A model generated the notes under the pieces. The model was not told the origin of the DNA. It worked only from the letters and a program-made list of their open reading frames with translations, and ran no database searches. A program made the position numbers and the translations under genes. This document shows, piece by piece, positions 11,751 to 21,210 of a DNA stretch of 32,000 bases. Location of the stretch: positions 132,376 to 164,375 of the forward strand of contig CACDFI010000001.1 of assembly GCA_902551985.1 (NCBI GenBank). The letters run 5' to 3'. The number at the start of each line of letters is the position of its first letter. The first letter of the stretch is position 1. The DNA comes from an uncultured Pelagibacteraceae bacterium (GTDB lineage: Bacteria; Pseudomonadota; Alphaproteobacteria; Pelagibacterales; Pelagibacteraceae).

Positions 11751-12584
11751 ATGGCTCTTAAAACATTTAAACCTTATACAAAATCAACAAGAGGAACAAT
11801 TTTAGTTAGCAGGGAAGGTTTATGGAAAGGTAAACCATTTAAATCCTTAACCTCCACAAACAACTCTTCAAAAGGTCGAAATAATTATGGAAGAATAACT
11901 TCTAGAAACCATGGCGGTGGTCATAAACATAAGTATAGGAAAATCGATTTTTATAGGAAAAAATTCGGATTAACAGCTGAAGTTGAACGAATTGAATATG
12001 ATCCAAATAGATCTTGTCACATAATGTTAGTTAAATTCGACGATGGTGAAAAATTTTATTATCTAGCCCCAAAAGATATTAAGATTGGAGATAAAATCCA
12101 AAATGGATCAGACTCAGAGATAAAAATTGGGAATTGCCTACCCCTAAAAGACATACCAGTTGGGATGGATATACATAATGTTGAAATTAATCCAGGTGGA
12201 GGCGGCAAAATAGCTAGATCAGCTGGAACATCAGTCTCAATTTCCGGTATTGATGGAAATTATTCAATTATCAAAATGACGTCAGGAGAAGTTAGAAAAA
12301 TTAATTCAAATTCAATGGCAACTATTGGCGTATTATCAAACCCTGACCAAAAAAACATAAAAATAGGAAAAGCTGGGAGATCAAGATGGTTAGGTAGAAG
12401 ACCTCATACAAGAGGTGTTGTGAAAAATCCTGTAGATCACCCACACGGAGGAGGTGAGGGTAAGTCAGCTGGAGGTCGACATCCAGTATCACCGACAGGT
12501 CAATCAGCTAAAGGTTTAAAAACCAGAGATAATAAAAGGACAGATAAGTTTATAATTAGACGAAGAAAGAAAAAAAGGAAGTAA
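11751..12584 (+). CDS. rplB: 50S ribosomal protein L2
   Basis: 277 aa. GRNNYGRITSRNHGGGHK and VKNPVDHPHGGGEGK motifs. Confidence 0.98.
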   Translation: MALKTFKPYTKSTRGTILVSREGLWKGKPFKSLTSTNNSSKGRNNYGRITSRNHGGGHKHKYRKIDFYRKKFGLTAEVERIEYDPNRSCHIMLVKFDDGEKFYYLAPKDIKIGDKIQNGSDSEIKIGNCLPLKDIPVGMDIHNVEINPGGGGKIARSAGTSVSISGIDGNYSIIKMTSGEVRKINSNSMATIGVLSNPDQKNIKIGKAGRSRWLGRRPHTRGVVKNPVDHPHGGGEGKSAGGRHPVSPTGQSAKGLKTRDNKRTDKFIIRRRKKKRK

Positions 12585-12587
12585 ATT

Positions 12588-12887
12588 ATGGCAAGATCAG
12601 TTTGGAAAGGACCGTTTGTAGAAGAAAGCTTGATAAAAAAAGTTGAAAAAATGAAAAATGAAAGTGTTAAAAAACCCATAAAAACCTGGTCAAGAAAATC
12701 TACTATTATTCCAGATTTTGTTGGAGTAAGTTTTCTAATCTATAATGGAAAAAAATTCATACCAATAACAATATCTGAGGACATGGTTGGTCATAAAATG
12801 GGAGAGTTTGCTCCTACAAGACAATTTTTTGGTCACACACCAGCAGATAAAAAAGCAAAAGTAGAAGGCGGAGCAGATAAAAAATAA
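12588..12887 (+). CDS. rpsS: 30S ribosomal protein S19
   Basis: 99 aa. [11 protein letters not shown] start and [16 protein letters not shown] motif. Confidence 0.97.
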   Translation: MARSVWKGPFVEESLIKKVEKMKNESVKKPIKTWSRKSTIIPDFVGVSFLIYNGKKFIPITISEDMVGHKMGEFAPTRQFFGHTPADKKAKVEGGADKK

Positions 12888-13282
12888 TGTCTAAACTAAA
12901 AAAAAAAATTGATACAAAAACAGTTAAATCTGTAAACAAAAATGTGAGATCTAGTACAAGAAAACTAAATCCTATTTTAAAATCTATAGTGGGAAAAAAA
13001 GTGGATATAGCAATTAGAAATCTTTCATTCTCAGACAAAAGAATATCAAAAGATATACAAAAAACAATTTCATCAGCTGTTGCAAATGCAGAAAATAATT
13101 ATCAATATGATATTGATAAACTTGTTGTTAAAGAAGCATACTGTGGAAAACAAGTTGTTATGAAAAGATTTAGAGCAAGAGCTAAGGGTAGAGCTGCTGA
13201 GATAATGAAACCATACTCAAATTTAACGATTATCTTAACTGAACAACAAAAAAAGACGGAGACACATGGGACAAAAAGTTAA
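12887..13282 (+). CDS. rplV: 50S ribosomal protein L22
   Basis: 131 aa. [18 protein letters not shown] and [22 protein letters not shown] motifs. TAATG junction with rpsS. Confidence 0.95.
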   Translation: MSKLKKKIDTKTVKSVNKNVRSSTRKLNPILKSIVGKKVDIAIRNLSFSDKRISKDIQKTISSAVANAENNYQYDIDKLVVKEAYCGKQVVMKRFRARAKGRAAEIMKPYSNLTIILTEQQKKTETHGTKS

Positions 13283-13925
13283 TCCAGTAGGTTTAAGACT
13301 AGGCATAAATAGAGGCTGGGACTCAGTTTGGTATGCTAAGAAGAAAGATTTTGGAAATAATCTTATAGAAGACTTCAAGATAAGGGAATATATAAAAAAA
13401 AATGTAATTAACTCAGGTGTATCTAAAGTAATGATAGAGAGAACATCTAAAAAATGTTTCGTAACAATTTACACGTCTAGACCTGGATTTGTAATAGGAA
13501 AAAAAGGAACAGACATTGAAAAAATAAAAGGCAATCTTTCGAAATTGAGCACAAATGAAGTTGTTTTAAATATTAAAGAAGTAAAGAAACCTGAGACAAA
13601 CAGTTATCTTGTAGCAGAAAATATTGCACAACAATTGGTTAAAAGAGTTTCGTACAGACGTGCCATGAAAAGAGCAATGCAATCTGCTTTAAGATTAGGC
13701 GCTAAAGGAATAAAAGTATCAATTAGTGGTAGATTAGGAGGTAATGAAATTGCAAGAACAGAGTGGTTAAGAGAAGGAAGCATACCTTCTCACACCTTGC
13801 GAGCTGATATAGATTATTCTGAAGCAGAGGCGTTAACTACTTATGGTATAATTGGTATTAAAGTTTGGATATATAAGGGAGAAATTTTTACAAAGGAATT
13901 CAGTCAAGAAAGGAACAAAGCATAA
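13266..13925 (+). CDS. rpsC: 30S ribosomal protein S3
   Basis: 219 aa. Canonical [13 protein letters not shown] start, with GGAG at 13258-13261. Overlaps the rplV 3' end by 17 nt. Confidence 0.97.
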   Translation: MGQKVNPVGLRLGINRGWDSVWYAKKKDFGNNLIEDFKIREYIKKNVINSGVSKVMIERTSKKCFVTIYTSRPGFVIGKKGTDIEKIKGNLSKLSTNEVVLNIKEVKKPETNSYLVAENIAQQLVKRVSYRRAMKRAMQSALRLGAKGIKVSISGRLGGNEIARTEWLREGSIPSHTLRADIDYSEAEALTTYGIIGIKVWIYKGEIFTKEFSQERNKA

Positions 13926-13928
13926 CAA

Positions 13929-14336
13929 ATGTTACAACCAACAAGAACAAAATTCAGAAAAGCACATAAAGGAAGAATTCATGGAAATGCATCAAGATGC
14001 AACATAATGAATTATGGTTCATTTGGTTTAAAAGCAATTCAACCCGAAAGAGTTAGATCAAGACAAATAGAAGCTGCTAGAGTTGCTTTAACAAGACATA
14101 TGAAAAGGCAGGGAAGAGTATGGACAAGAATGTTTCCAAATATACCAGTATCAAAAAAACCTACAGAGGTAAGAATGGGAAAAGGGAAAGGATCACCAGA
14201 GTTTTGGGCATGCAGAGTAAAACCAGGCAGGATATTATTTGAGGTAGATGGTGTATCAGAGCAGATAGCTAAAGAAGCGCTTTATAAAGCCTCAGCAAAA
14301 CTACCCATTAAATGTAAATTTATTAAGAGAATTTAA
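13929..14336 (+). CDS. rplP: 50S ribosomal protein L16
   Basis: 135 aa. [16 protein letters not shown] start. Confidence 0.97.
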   Translation: MLQPTRTKFRKAHKGRIHGNASRCNIMNYGSFGLKAIQPERVRSRQIEAARVALTRHMKRQGRVWTRMFPNIPVSKKPTEVRMGKGKGSPEFWACRVKPGRILFEVDGVSEQIAKEALYKASAKLPIKCKFIKRI

Positions 14337-14337
14337 A

Positions 14338-14526
14338 ATGAAAAAAAAAGAAATAAAAAAATTAACAAAAAAACAAATGTTAGAAAATCTTGAAAAACTT
14401 AAAAAGGATCTCTTCAACTTTCGATTTCAAAAAGTTAACGGACAGATAAAAAGTCCAGCTAAAATTTCAGAAACGAAAAAGAATATAGCAAGATTAAAAA
14501 CATTAATAGAGGTAAAAAATGCCTAA
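14338..14526 (+). CDS. rpmC: 50S ribosomal protein L29
   Basis: 62 aa. [11 protein letters not shown] motif. Sits between rplP and rpsQ. Confidence 0.93.
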   Translation: MKKKEIKKLTKKQMLENLEKLKKDLFNFRFQKVNGQIKSPAKISETKKNIARLKTLIEVKNA

Positions 14527-14755
14527 AAAAATTTTAAATGGAGTTGTTGTCAGCGATAAACCCAATAAAACTATAACAGTTTTAGTAGAAAGAAAATATC
14601 AACATCCTGTACTAAAGAAAGTTATGAAAGCTAGAAAGAAATACAATGCACATGATGAAGAAAATAAATTTAAAATTGGAGATAAAGTTTCAATAAGAGA
14701 AAGTAGACCTTTTTCTAAAAATAAAAAATTTGAAGTTATTGGAGATGCAAAATGA
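14519..14755 (+). CDS. rpsQ: 30S ribosomal protein S17
   Basis: 78 aa. [18 protein letters not shown] motif. Overlaps rpmC by 8 nt. Confidence 0.95.
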   Translation: MPKKILNGVVVSDKPNKTITVLVERKYQHPVLKKVMKARKKYNAHDEENKFKIGDKVSIRESRPFSKNKKFEVIGDAK

Positions 14756-15120
14756 TACAAGTTCAAACCGAATTAATGGTAGCTGACAATACTGGTGCTA
14801 AAAAAATTGAGTGTATAAAAGTATTAGGTGGTTCGAAAAGACGTTATGCCAGTATAGGAGATATAATTGTTGTTGCAGTCAAAGAAGCAATACCTAAAGG
14901 AAAAGTAAAAAAAGGATCTGTGCATAAGGCAGTTGTTGTAAGAGTAAAAAAAGGCATTCATAGAAACGATGGTTCTAAAGTTAGATTCGATAATAACGCA
15001 GCTGTTCTAACAGATGATAAGGGAGAACCAATAGGAACAAGAATTTTTGGGCCAGTAACGAGAGAATTAAGAAATAGAGGACAAATGAAAATAATTTCAT
15101 TGGCACCAGAGGTATTATAA
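14752..15120 (+). CDS. rplN: 50S ribosomal protein L14
   Basis: 122 aa. [18 protein letters not shown] start. ATGA overlap with rpsQ. Confidence 0.98.
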   Translation: MIQVQTELMVADNTGAKKIECIKVLGGSKRRYASIGDIIVVAVKEAIPKGKVKKGSVHKAVVVRVKKGIHRNDGSKVRFDNNAAVLTDDKGEPIGTRIFGPVTRELRNRGQMKIISLAPEVL

Positions 15121-15359
15121 TGATTAAAAAAGGCTTAAAAGTAAAAATATTGTCAGGCAAAGATAAGAATAAAGAAGGCGAGGTTATTGAGATAGACAGA
15201 AGTAATAATAGAGCTAAAGTTAAAGGAGTAAATATAATCAAAAAACACGTAAAAACTACTAAAGAAAAAAAGGGTGGAATTGTATCAAAAGAAAATTTTA
15301 TACATTTATCTAATTTAAAATTGTTAGATAATAAAAATAAACAGGAGGCTAAAAATTAA
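15120..15359 (+). CDS. rplX: 50S ribosomal protein L24 (short form, 79 aa)
   Basis: KOW-type N-terminus [16 protein letters not shown] and GGIVSKE motif. Sits between rplN and rplE, with TAATG junctions on both sides. Confidence 0.92.
   Translation: MIKKGLKVKILSGKDKNKEGEVIEIDRSNNRAKVKGVNIIKKHVKTTKEKKGGIVSKENFIHLSNLKLLDNKNKQEAKN
15343..15348 (+). promoter_or_regulatory. Shine-Dalgarno AGGAGG for rplE (inside the rplX 3' end)
   Basis: Perfect AGGAGG, 10 nt upstream of the rplE ATG at 15359. Confidence 0.6.
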
Positions 15360-15913
15360 TGCAACCTAGATTGAAAGAAATTATCATTAAAGAAATCAAC
15401 CCAACTTTAAAAAAAATGTTTGGATATAAAAATATGTATATGGGTCCAAAAATTGAAAAAATTGTTTTAAATATGGGATTAGGATTAGATGGTAATGACA
15501 CTAAAATATTAGGTTCTTGCCTGGAAGATCTTGCAAATATCACTGGACAAAAACCAGTCATAACTAAATTCAAAAAATCAATAGCTAATTTTAAAACAAG
15601 AAAAAATACAAATTCAGGTTTAAAGGTTACTTTAAGAAAAAATAAAATGTATGAATTTATTGATAGACTAGTGAATATAGCTTTACCAAGAATTAAAGAT
15701 TTTAGAGGATTAAATTCGAATGGATTTGATAAATTTGGAAATTATACTTTTGGAATTAAAGAACAAATAATATTTCCTGAAGTAAATTTTGATAAAGTGG
15801 ATAAAATTAGAGGTTTAGACATTACTATTGTTATAAAGTCAATTGATAAAAAACATAGTTTTGAACTTCTAAAAAAATTAAATTTTCCATTTAAGGAGGG
15901 AAAGAACAACTAA
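15359..15913 (+). CDS. rplE: 50S ribosomal protein L5
   Basis: 184 aa. [19 protein letters not shown] and [11 protein letters not shown] motifs. Confidence 0.96.
   Translation: MQPRLKEIIIKEINPTLKKMFGYKNMYMGPKIEKIVLNMGLGLDGNDTKILGSCLEDLANITGQKPVITKFKKSIANFKTRKNTNSGLKVTLRKNKMYEFIDRLVNIALPRIKDFRGLNSNGFDKFGNYTFGIKEQIIFPEVNFDKVDKIRGLDITIVIKSIDKKHSFELLKKLNFPFKEGKNN
15893..15899 (+). promoter_or_regulatory. Shine-Dalgarno AAGGAGG for rpsN (inside the rplE 3' end)
   Basis: AAGGAGG, 13 nt upstream of the rpsN ATG at 15913. Confidence 0.5.
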
Positions 15914-16218
15914 TGGCAAAGTTAAGTGCAATAAATAAAAATAATAGAAGAATAAAATTATCTGACAAGTATTTTAAAAAAAGAGAAAAATTAAAAAAAA
16001 TTATTATGGATAAAAAAATATCTTTTGAAGAAAGATTTAAAGCACAGCAAAAATTGTCAAAATTACCGAGAAATTCCGCAAAGATTAGAGTTAGAAATAG
16101 ATGTCAAATAACAGGTAGACCGCATGGTGTTTATCGAAAATTAAAAATATCAAGAATTGCACTTAGACAATTAGGTTTAGAAGGTAAAATTCCTGGTATG
16201 GTAAAGTCAAGTTGGTAG
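15913..16218 (+). CDS. rpsN: 30S ribosomal protein S14 (long, non-zinc type)
   Basis: 101 aa. [27 protein letters not shown] motif and terminal W. No CxxC pairs. Confidence 0.96.
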   Translation: MAKLSAINKNNRRIKLSDKYFKKREKLKKIIMDKKISFEERFKAQQKLSKLPRNSAKIRVRNRCQITGRPHGVYRKLKISRIALRQLGLEGKIPGMVKSSW

Positions 16219-16228
16219 AAAGGATAAT

Positions 16229-16624
16229 ATGAGTTTGAGTGATCCAATTGGAGATATGTTAGTTAGATTAAAAAATTCTCAAATGAGAAATCATAAGAAA
16301 ATTGAACTTCCTTCATCAAAATTTAAAACAAAAATTGCTGAGGTTTTAAAATCTGAAGGATACATAATTGATTATGAAGTTAAATCTGATCAAAATAAAG
16401 CAAATCTACATATAAGTCTAAAATATAATTCTGGTAGCCCTGTAATAAATTCAATAGAGCGAGTTTCAAAACCAGGAAGACGTATTTTTTCAAGTGCTGA
16501 GAGCTTGCCAAAAGTTAACAACGGTCTTGGAATAGCTATTATCTCAACGCCAAAAGGCGTTATGACTGATATTGATGCAAGGAAACAAAAGGTTGGTGGA
16601 GAAGTAATCTGTAAGGTATTTTAA
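16229..16624 (+). CDS. rpsH: 30S ribosomal protein S8
   Basis: 131 aa. SDPIGDMLVRLKN start. AAGGA at 16220-16224 in the 10-nt gap. Confidence 0.97.
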   Translation: MSLSDPIGDMLVRLKNSQMRNHKKIELPSSKFKTKIAEVLKSEGYIIDYEVKSDQNKANLHISLKYNSGSPVINSIERVSKPGRRIFSSAESLPKVNNGLGIAIISTPKGVMTDIDARKQKVGGEVICKVF

Positions 16625-17163
16625 TGTCAAAAATCGGTAAAATAAATATTTCAATTCCAGAAAAAGTCAAAGTGCTGTTAAGCGGAAATATTCTAAATAT
16701 AGAAGGTCCTCTTGGCAAAAAATCTTTAAATATTGATATTGAAACTTTTGATTTAAAAATTGATGCAGGTAAAGAGGTTTCAATTAAACCAAAAAAACAA
16801 GATCAAAATACAAAAAGATTGTGGGGAATGAACAGAAGTTTGATAAATAATGCAATTATAGGTGCAAGTAAAGGATATGAAAAAATTCTAGAATTGACTG
16901 GAGTTGGTTATAGGGCAGCTTTGAAAGGCAACGTATTGAATTTACAACTTGGTTTTAGTCACGATATTAACTTTGCTATTCCTGATGGAGTTAAGATACA
17001 GGTCGAAAAGCAAAATATTTTAAAAATCTCTGGCACAGATAAGCAACAAGTAGGAATGGTTGCTGCAGAAATAAAAAGCATAAGACCACCTGAACCATAT
17101 AAAGGCAAAGGTATAAAAGAACAAGGCCAATATATTTTGAGAAAAGAAGGTAAGAAAAAATAA
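16624..17163 (+). CDS. rplF: 50S ribosomal protein L6
   Basis: 179 aa. [11 protein letters not shown] start and PEPYKGKGI motif. Confidence 0.96.
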   Translation: MSKIGKINISIPEKVKVLLSGNILNIEGPLGKKSLNIDIETFDLKIDAGKEVSIKPKKQDQNTKRLWGMNRSLINNAIIGASKGYEKILELTGVGYRAALKGNVLNLQLGFSHDINFAIPDGVKIQVEKQNILKISGTDKQQVGMVAAEIKSIRPPEPYKGKGIKEQGQYILRKEGKKK

Positions 17164-17516
17164 TGAAAATAACCAAAATAGAACGAAAAAGATTTAGAGT
17201 TAGAAATAAAATTAAAAAGGTTTCTAAAACAGATAGATACAGATTAAGTGTTAACAGATCTACAAAAAATATAAGCGTGCAAATTATTGACGATGAAAAA
17301 AATATAACTATCTTATCAGCCTCATCTAACACGAAAGAAATTAGATCTTTGAAAAAGAATAAAAAAGATATGTCAACTTTGGTAGCCGAAACACTGGCTA
17401 AAAAGGCTAAGGATATGAAAATAACAAAAGTTTACTTTGATAGAGGTATTTATAAATACCACGGTAGAGTTAAACTTTTAGCAGATGAACTTAGAAAAAA
17501 TGGGATGGAATTTTAA
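17163..17516 (+). CDS. rplR: 50S ribosomal protein L18
   Basis: 117 aa. C-terminal [26 protein letters not shown]. Confidence 0.94.
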   Translation: MKITKIERKRFRVRNKIKKVSKTDRYRLSVNRSTKNISVQIIDDEKNITILSASSNTKEIRSLKKNKKDMSTLVAETLAKKAKDMKITKVYFDRGIYKYHGRVKLLADELRKNGMEF

Positions 17517-17518
17517 AA

Positions 17519-18019
17519 ATGGAAAAAAATACAGAATTTGTAGAAAAATTAGTTCACATCAATAGAATTACTAAAGTTGTGAAAGGAGGAAGGAGATTTG
17601 GTTTCTCAGCTTTAGTTGTGGTTGGAAATCAAAACGGAAAAATAGGTGTTGCGCATGCAAAAGCGAAACAAGTACCTGATGCTATAAAAAAAGCAAATGA
17701 ACTCGCTAGACGAAACTTAGTTCAAATACCCTTAAGAGAAGGAAGAACAATACATCATGACATATACGGCAAAGATGGAGCAGGAAAAATTAAATTAAGA
17801 GCAGCTCCTAAAGGCACAGGGATTATTGCAGGTGGAGCAGTCAGAGCAGTCTGTGAAGTACTTGGTATTAAAGATATTGTAGCAAAATCCTTAGGAACAG
17901 CTAATCCACACAATGTAATTAGAGCATGTATGAAAGCTCTCTCTAGTCAGAATTCGCCAAAAAATATTTCTTTATTAAGAAATAAAAAAATTTCAGAAAT
18001 TATTGAAAAAAGAGGATAA
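17519..18019 (+). CDS. rpsE: 30S ribosomal protein S5
   Basis: 166 aa. [24 protein letters not shown] motif. Confidence 0.97.
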   Translation: MEKNTEFVEKLVHINRITKVVKGGRRFGFSALVVVGNQNGKIGVAHAKAKQVPDAIKKANELARRNLVQIPLREGRTIHHDIYGKDGAGKIKLRAAPKGTGIIAGGAVRAVCEVLGIKDIVAKSLGTANPHNVIRACMKALSSQNSPKNISLLRNKKISEIIEKRG

Positions 18020-18477
18020 TGAATATTTTGAGTAATACTGTCAGAGTTAAAATTCCAAAAAAAAGACTTGGTAGAGGTATTGGTTCTGGCAAAGGTAAAA
18101 CTTCTGGAAGAGGTGTCAAAGGGCAAAAGTCTAGGTCAGGAGTTGCAATAAAAAGTTTTGAAGGTGGTCAAATGCCTCTTTATAGAAGATTACCAAAAAG
18201 AGGATTTAACCCAATTAATAAAAAAAAAGTAGCAAAAATAAATTTAGATCAGTTGCAAAATTATTTAGATAATAAAAAAATTGACCCTGAAAGTCAGATT
18301 AACTTAGAGAGTCTTAAAAAAAGTAAGATTATAAATAAATCTTATTCAAAATTTAAAATTCTCGCTAATGGAAATATAAAAACTAAAATAAATATCGAAG
18401 CAGATTCTTCATCAAATAAAGCAAAAGAAAAAATCGAAAAAATTGGTGGTATTTTAAAGCTTAAAGAAACAAAATAG
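18019..18477 (+). CDS. rplO: 50S ribosomal protein L15
   Basis: 152 aa. GRGIGSGKGKTSGRGVKGQKSRSG motif. TAATG junction directly with rpsE. Confidence 0.96.
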   Translation: MNILSNTVRVKIPKKRLGRGIGSGKGKTSGRGVKGQKSRSGVAIKSFEGGQMPLYRRLPKRGFNPINKKKVAKINLDQLQNYLDNKKIDPESQINLESLKKSKIINKSYSKFKILANGNIKTKINIEADSSSNKAKEKIEKIGGILKLKETK

Positions 18478-18478
18478 A

Positions 18479-19759
18479 ATGAGTGAGTCGTCACAAACAA
18501 ATGATTTAAGAAATAGGATCATTTTTACAATTTTTATACTTGCTATATATAGATTGGGTACATTTGTACCTTTGCCTGGCATAGATCCAGATCAGTTACA
18601 AGTTATGATGGAAAGTAATCAAAAAGGGTTGTTAGGAATGTTTAATGTTTTTGCGGGAGGTGCTGTCAGCAGAATGGCAATTTTTGCGCTTGGTATAATG
18701 CCTTATATTTCTTCGTCAATTATAATACAACTATTAACAGGGGTTACTGACTATTTTAAAAATCTTAAAGCACAAGGTGAAATTGGAAGACAAAAAATTA
18801 CTCAAATTACAAGATATGGAACCGTTTTACTCGCAACGGTTCAAGGTTATGGACTTGCTGTCGGATTAGAATCTTCAGCAGATCTCGTTATAAATCCGGG
18901 AGTATTTTTTAAGATATCCACTGTTACAACAATTGTTGCTGGAACAATATTTTTAATGTGGTTAGGAGAACAAATTACTCAAAGAGGTATAGGAAATGGT
19001 ATATCTTTAATAATTTTCTCTGGAATTGTTGCTGAAATACCTAGAGCTTTAGTTACAACTTTTGAATTGGGTAGGACAGGAGCAATTTCAACTTTAATGA
19101 TTATATTTATATTTGTTTTATTAGTTCTAACAATTTTATTTATAGTATTTATGGAACGAGCATTAAGAAAAATACTAATTAATTATCCAAAAAGACAAAT
19201 GGGAAATAAGATGTACGGTGGAGAATCATCTCATTTACCACTTAAAATAAATTCAGCAGGTGTTATACCAGCTATATTTGCGTCTGCTTTGTTGTTATTG
19301 CCTGTAACATTTTCTAATTTTAATGTTTCACAGAATGAATTATTTTTAAATATTTCATCGTATTTTTCTCAAGGTCAGCCACTCTATATGATCTTGTATG
19401 CGTCAGGTATAATATTTTTTACATTTTTTTATACTTCGATAACATTTAATCCAAATGAAACAGCAGAAAATTTGAGGAAATATGGAGGCTTCATACCAGG
19501 TATAAGACCGGGGGAAAGTACTGCAGCATACATAGATACAATTTTGACAAGGTTAACAACTATAGGGGCATTATATTTAACATTAGTTTGTTTAATGCCT
19601 GAGTTTTTAATTGCTAATTATCCTATACCATTTTATTTAGGAGGAGCATCTGTTTTAATTGTTGTTGTTGTTGCCATTGATACTGTTACACAAGTTCAAA
19701 CAAGATTAATGAGTTCTCAATATGAACAACTTATAAAAAAAACTAAATTTGGTAGATAA
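18479..19759 (+). CDS. secY: Preprotein translocase subunit SecY
   Basis: 426 aa, polytopic. PLPGIDP and LGIMPYISSSIIIQLL motifs. Canonical position after rplO. Confidence 0.97.
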   Translation: MSESSQTNDLRNRIIFTIFILAIYRLGTFVPLPGIDPDQLQVMMESNQKGLLGMFNVFAGGAVSRMAIFALGIMPYISSSIIIQLLTGVTDYFKNLKAQGEIGRQKITQITRYGTVLLATVQGYGLAVGLESSADLVINPGVFFKISTVTTIVAGTIFLMWLGEQITQRGIGNGISLIIFSGIVAEIPRALVTTFELGRTGAISTLMIIFIFVLLVLTILFIVFMERALRKILINYPKRQMGNKMYGGESSHLPLKINSAGVIPAIFASALLLLPVTFSNFNVSQNELFLNISSYFSQGQPLYMILYASGIIFFTFFYTSITFNPNETAENLRKYGGFIPGIRPGESTAAYIDTILTRLTTIGALYLTLVCLMPEFLIANYPIPFYLGGASVLIVVVVAIDTVTQVQTRLMSSQYEQLIKKTKFGR

Positions 19760-19762
19760 TAA

Positions 19763-20326
19763 GTGAATGTTATTATATTTGGTCCACCAGGAGCTGGAAA
19801 AGGGACACAAGCATCTAATATAGTTAAAAAATTTAATCTATATCAAATCTCAACAGGTGACTTATTAAGAGCTGAAGTTAAAAATAAAACAGAAATTGGT
19901 AAAGATATTGAGAATATAATTTCAAAAGGTGATTTTGCAACTGATGAGATTGTGAATGAATTAATAAAAAAAGTTATTTTTGATGAAAAAAAAAAAAATA
20001 AATTAATATTTGATGGATATCCTAGATCGCTTAGCCAAGCAGAAAATCTAGATTTACTATTAAAACAATCAAATCAGAAAATAAATTTTATTTTTTTTTT
20101 AAATGTGAAAAAAGAGATGATAATTAAAAGAATTGAGAAACGGAAAATTTTAGAAAAAAGAGCTGACGATAATCTAAATACTATATTAAAAAGATACGAC
20201 ACATACATGATGACAACAAAACCAGTATTGGATTTCTATTCAAAAAAACCAAACTTTTATGAAATAGATGGAAGTGAAAATATTGTTGAAATATCTAGTA
20301 AAATTGAGCAAATTCTAACTGTTTAA
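19763..20326 (+). CDS. adk: Adenylate kinase (short-LID type), GTG start
   Basis: 187 aa. P-loop IIFGPPGAGKGTQ starts at residue 4. An in-frame TAA at 19760-19762 leaves GTG 19763 as the only plausible start. Confidence 0.95.
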   Translation: MNVIIFGPPGAGKGTQASNIVKKFNLYQISTGDLLRAEVKNKTEIGKDIENIISKGDFATDEIVNELIKKVIFDEKKKNKLIFDGYPRSLSQAENLDLLLKQSNQKINFIFFLNVKKEMIIKRIEKRKILEKRADDNLNTILKRYDTYMMTTKPVLDFYSKKPNFYEIDGSENIVEISSKIEQILTV

Positions 20327-20330
20327 GACA

Positions 20331-20358
20331 TTGACTTTGAATAAACTTCTTATATAAA
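20331..20358 (+). promoter_or_regulatory. Candidate sigma70-type promoter for rpsM-rpsK-rpoA-rplQ (TTGACT-N16-TATAAA)
   Basis: TTGACT at 20331-20336, a 16-nt spacer, then TATAAA at 20353-20358, in the 55-nt adk-rpsM gap. It implies a leader of roughly 15-20 nt. Sequence match only. Confidence 0.4.
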
Positions 20359-20381
20359 AGGCTAAATTTTATCTCATAATT

Positions 20382-20765
20382 ATGGCTCGTATAGCAGGTG
20401 TAAATATACCACAAAATAAATTGGTCAGGATTGGCCTAACATACATTTACGGTATTGGTGAAAAAAATTCTAACGATATTTGCAAATTTTTAGAAATCCC
20501 TAATACTAAAAGAGTAAACGAACTTACAGATGATGAAATATTAAAAATAAGAGAATATATTGATCAAAAATTTACTGTTGAGGGAGATCTAAGAAGAGAC
20601 ACCTCTTTAAATATTAAAAGATTAATTGATCTTGCTTCTTATAGAGGTTCAAGACATAGAAAAAAATTACCGGTAAGAGGTCAAAGAACTAGGTGTAACG
20701 CTAGAACACGTAAAGGTAAAGCAATTGCAATAGCAGGTAAAAAATTAACGCCATTAAAGAAATAA
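20382..20765 (+). CDS. rpsM: 30S ribosomal protein S13
   Basis: 127 aa. [10 protein letters not shown] start and [24 protein letters not shown] motif. Confidence 0.97.
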   Translation: MARIAGVNIPQNKLVRIGLTYIYGIGEKNSNDICKFLEIPNTKRVNELTDDEILKIREYIDQKFTVEGDLRRDTSLNIKRLIDLASYRGSRHRKKLPVRGQRTRCNARTRKGKAIAIAGKKLTPLKK

Positions 20766-20766
20766 T

Positions 20767-21210
20767 ATGCCAAAAGACAAAACTGAAAATAAAGATAAAA
20801 ACAAAGAAGGTGCTGAAAAAATAAAAAAAAGTTCTTACTCAAAGAAAAAAAAAAATAAAAAAAATATATTAAATGGAATTGCTTATGTGCAGTCAACATT
20901 TAATAATACAATTGTTTCAATTGCAGATACAAATGGAAATGTAATATCTTGGGCCTCCGCTGGACAAAAGGGATTTAAGGGTTCAAGAAAATCAACTCCT
21001 TATGCAGCACAAGTTGCAGCAGACTCTGCAGCATCAAAGGCTCTAGAGGTTGGAATGAAAATTTTATCTGTAGAAGTGAAAGGTCCAGGATCAGGCAGAG
21101 AAACCGCCTTAAGAGCTTTACAAGCAAGGGGTTTCAAAATAATTTCAATTAAAGACACAACACCAATGCCGCATAATGGTTCAAGACCACCAAAAAAAAG
21201 GAGAGTATAA
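20767..21210 (+). CDS. rpsK: 30S ribosomal protein S11 (Lys-rich N-terminal extension)
   Basis: 147 aa. [24 protein letters not shown] motif. No internal Met before the conserved core, and the ATG lies 1 nt after the rpsM stop. Confidence 0.95.
   Translation: MPKDKTENKDKNKEGAEKIKKSSYSKKKKNKKNILNGIAYVQSTFNNTIVSIADTNGNVISWASAGQKGFKGSRKSTPYAAQVAADSAASKALEVGMKILSVEVKGPGSGRETALRALQARGFKIISIKDTTPMPHNGSRPPKKRRV
21198..21203 (+). promoter_or_regulatory. Shine-Dalgarno AAGGAG for rpoA (inside the rpsK 3' end)
   Basis: AAGGAG, 7 nt upstream of the rpoA ATG at 21211. Confidence 0.6.
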
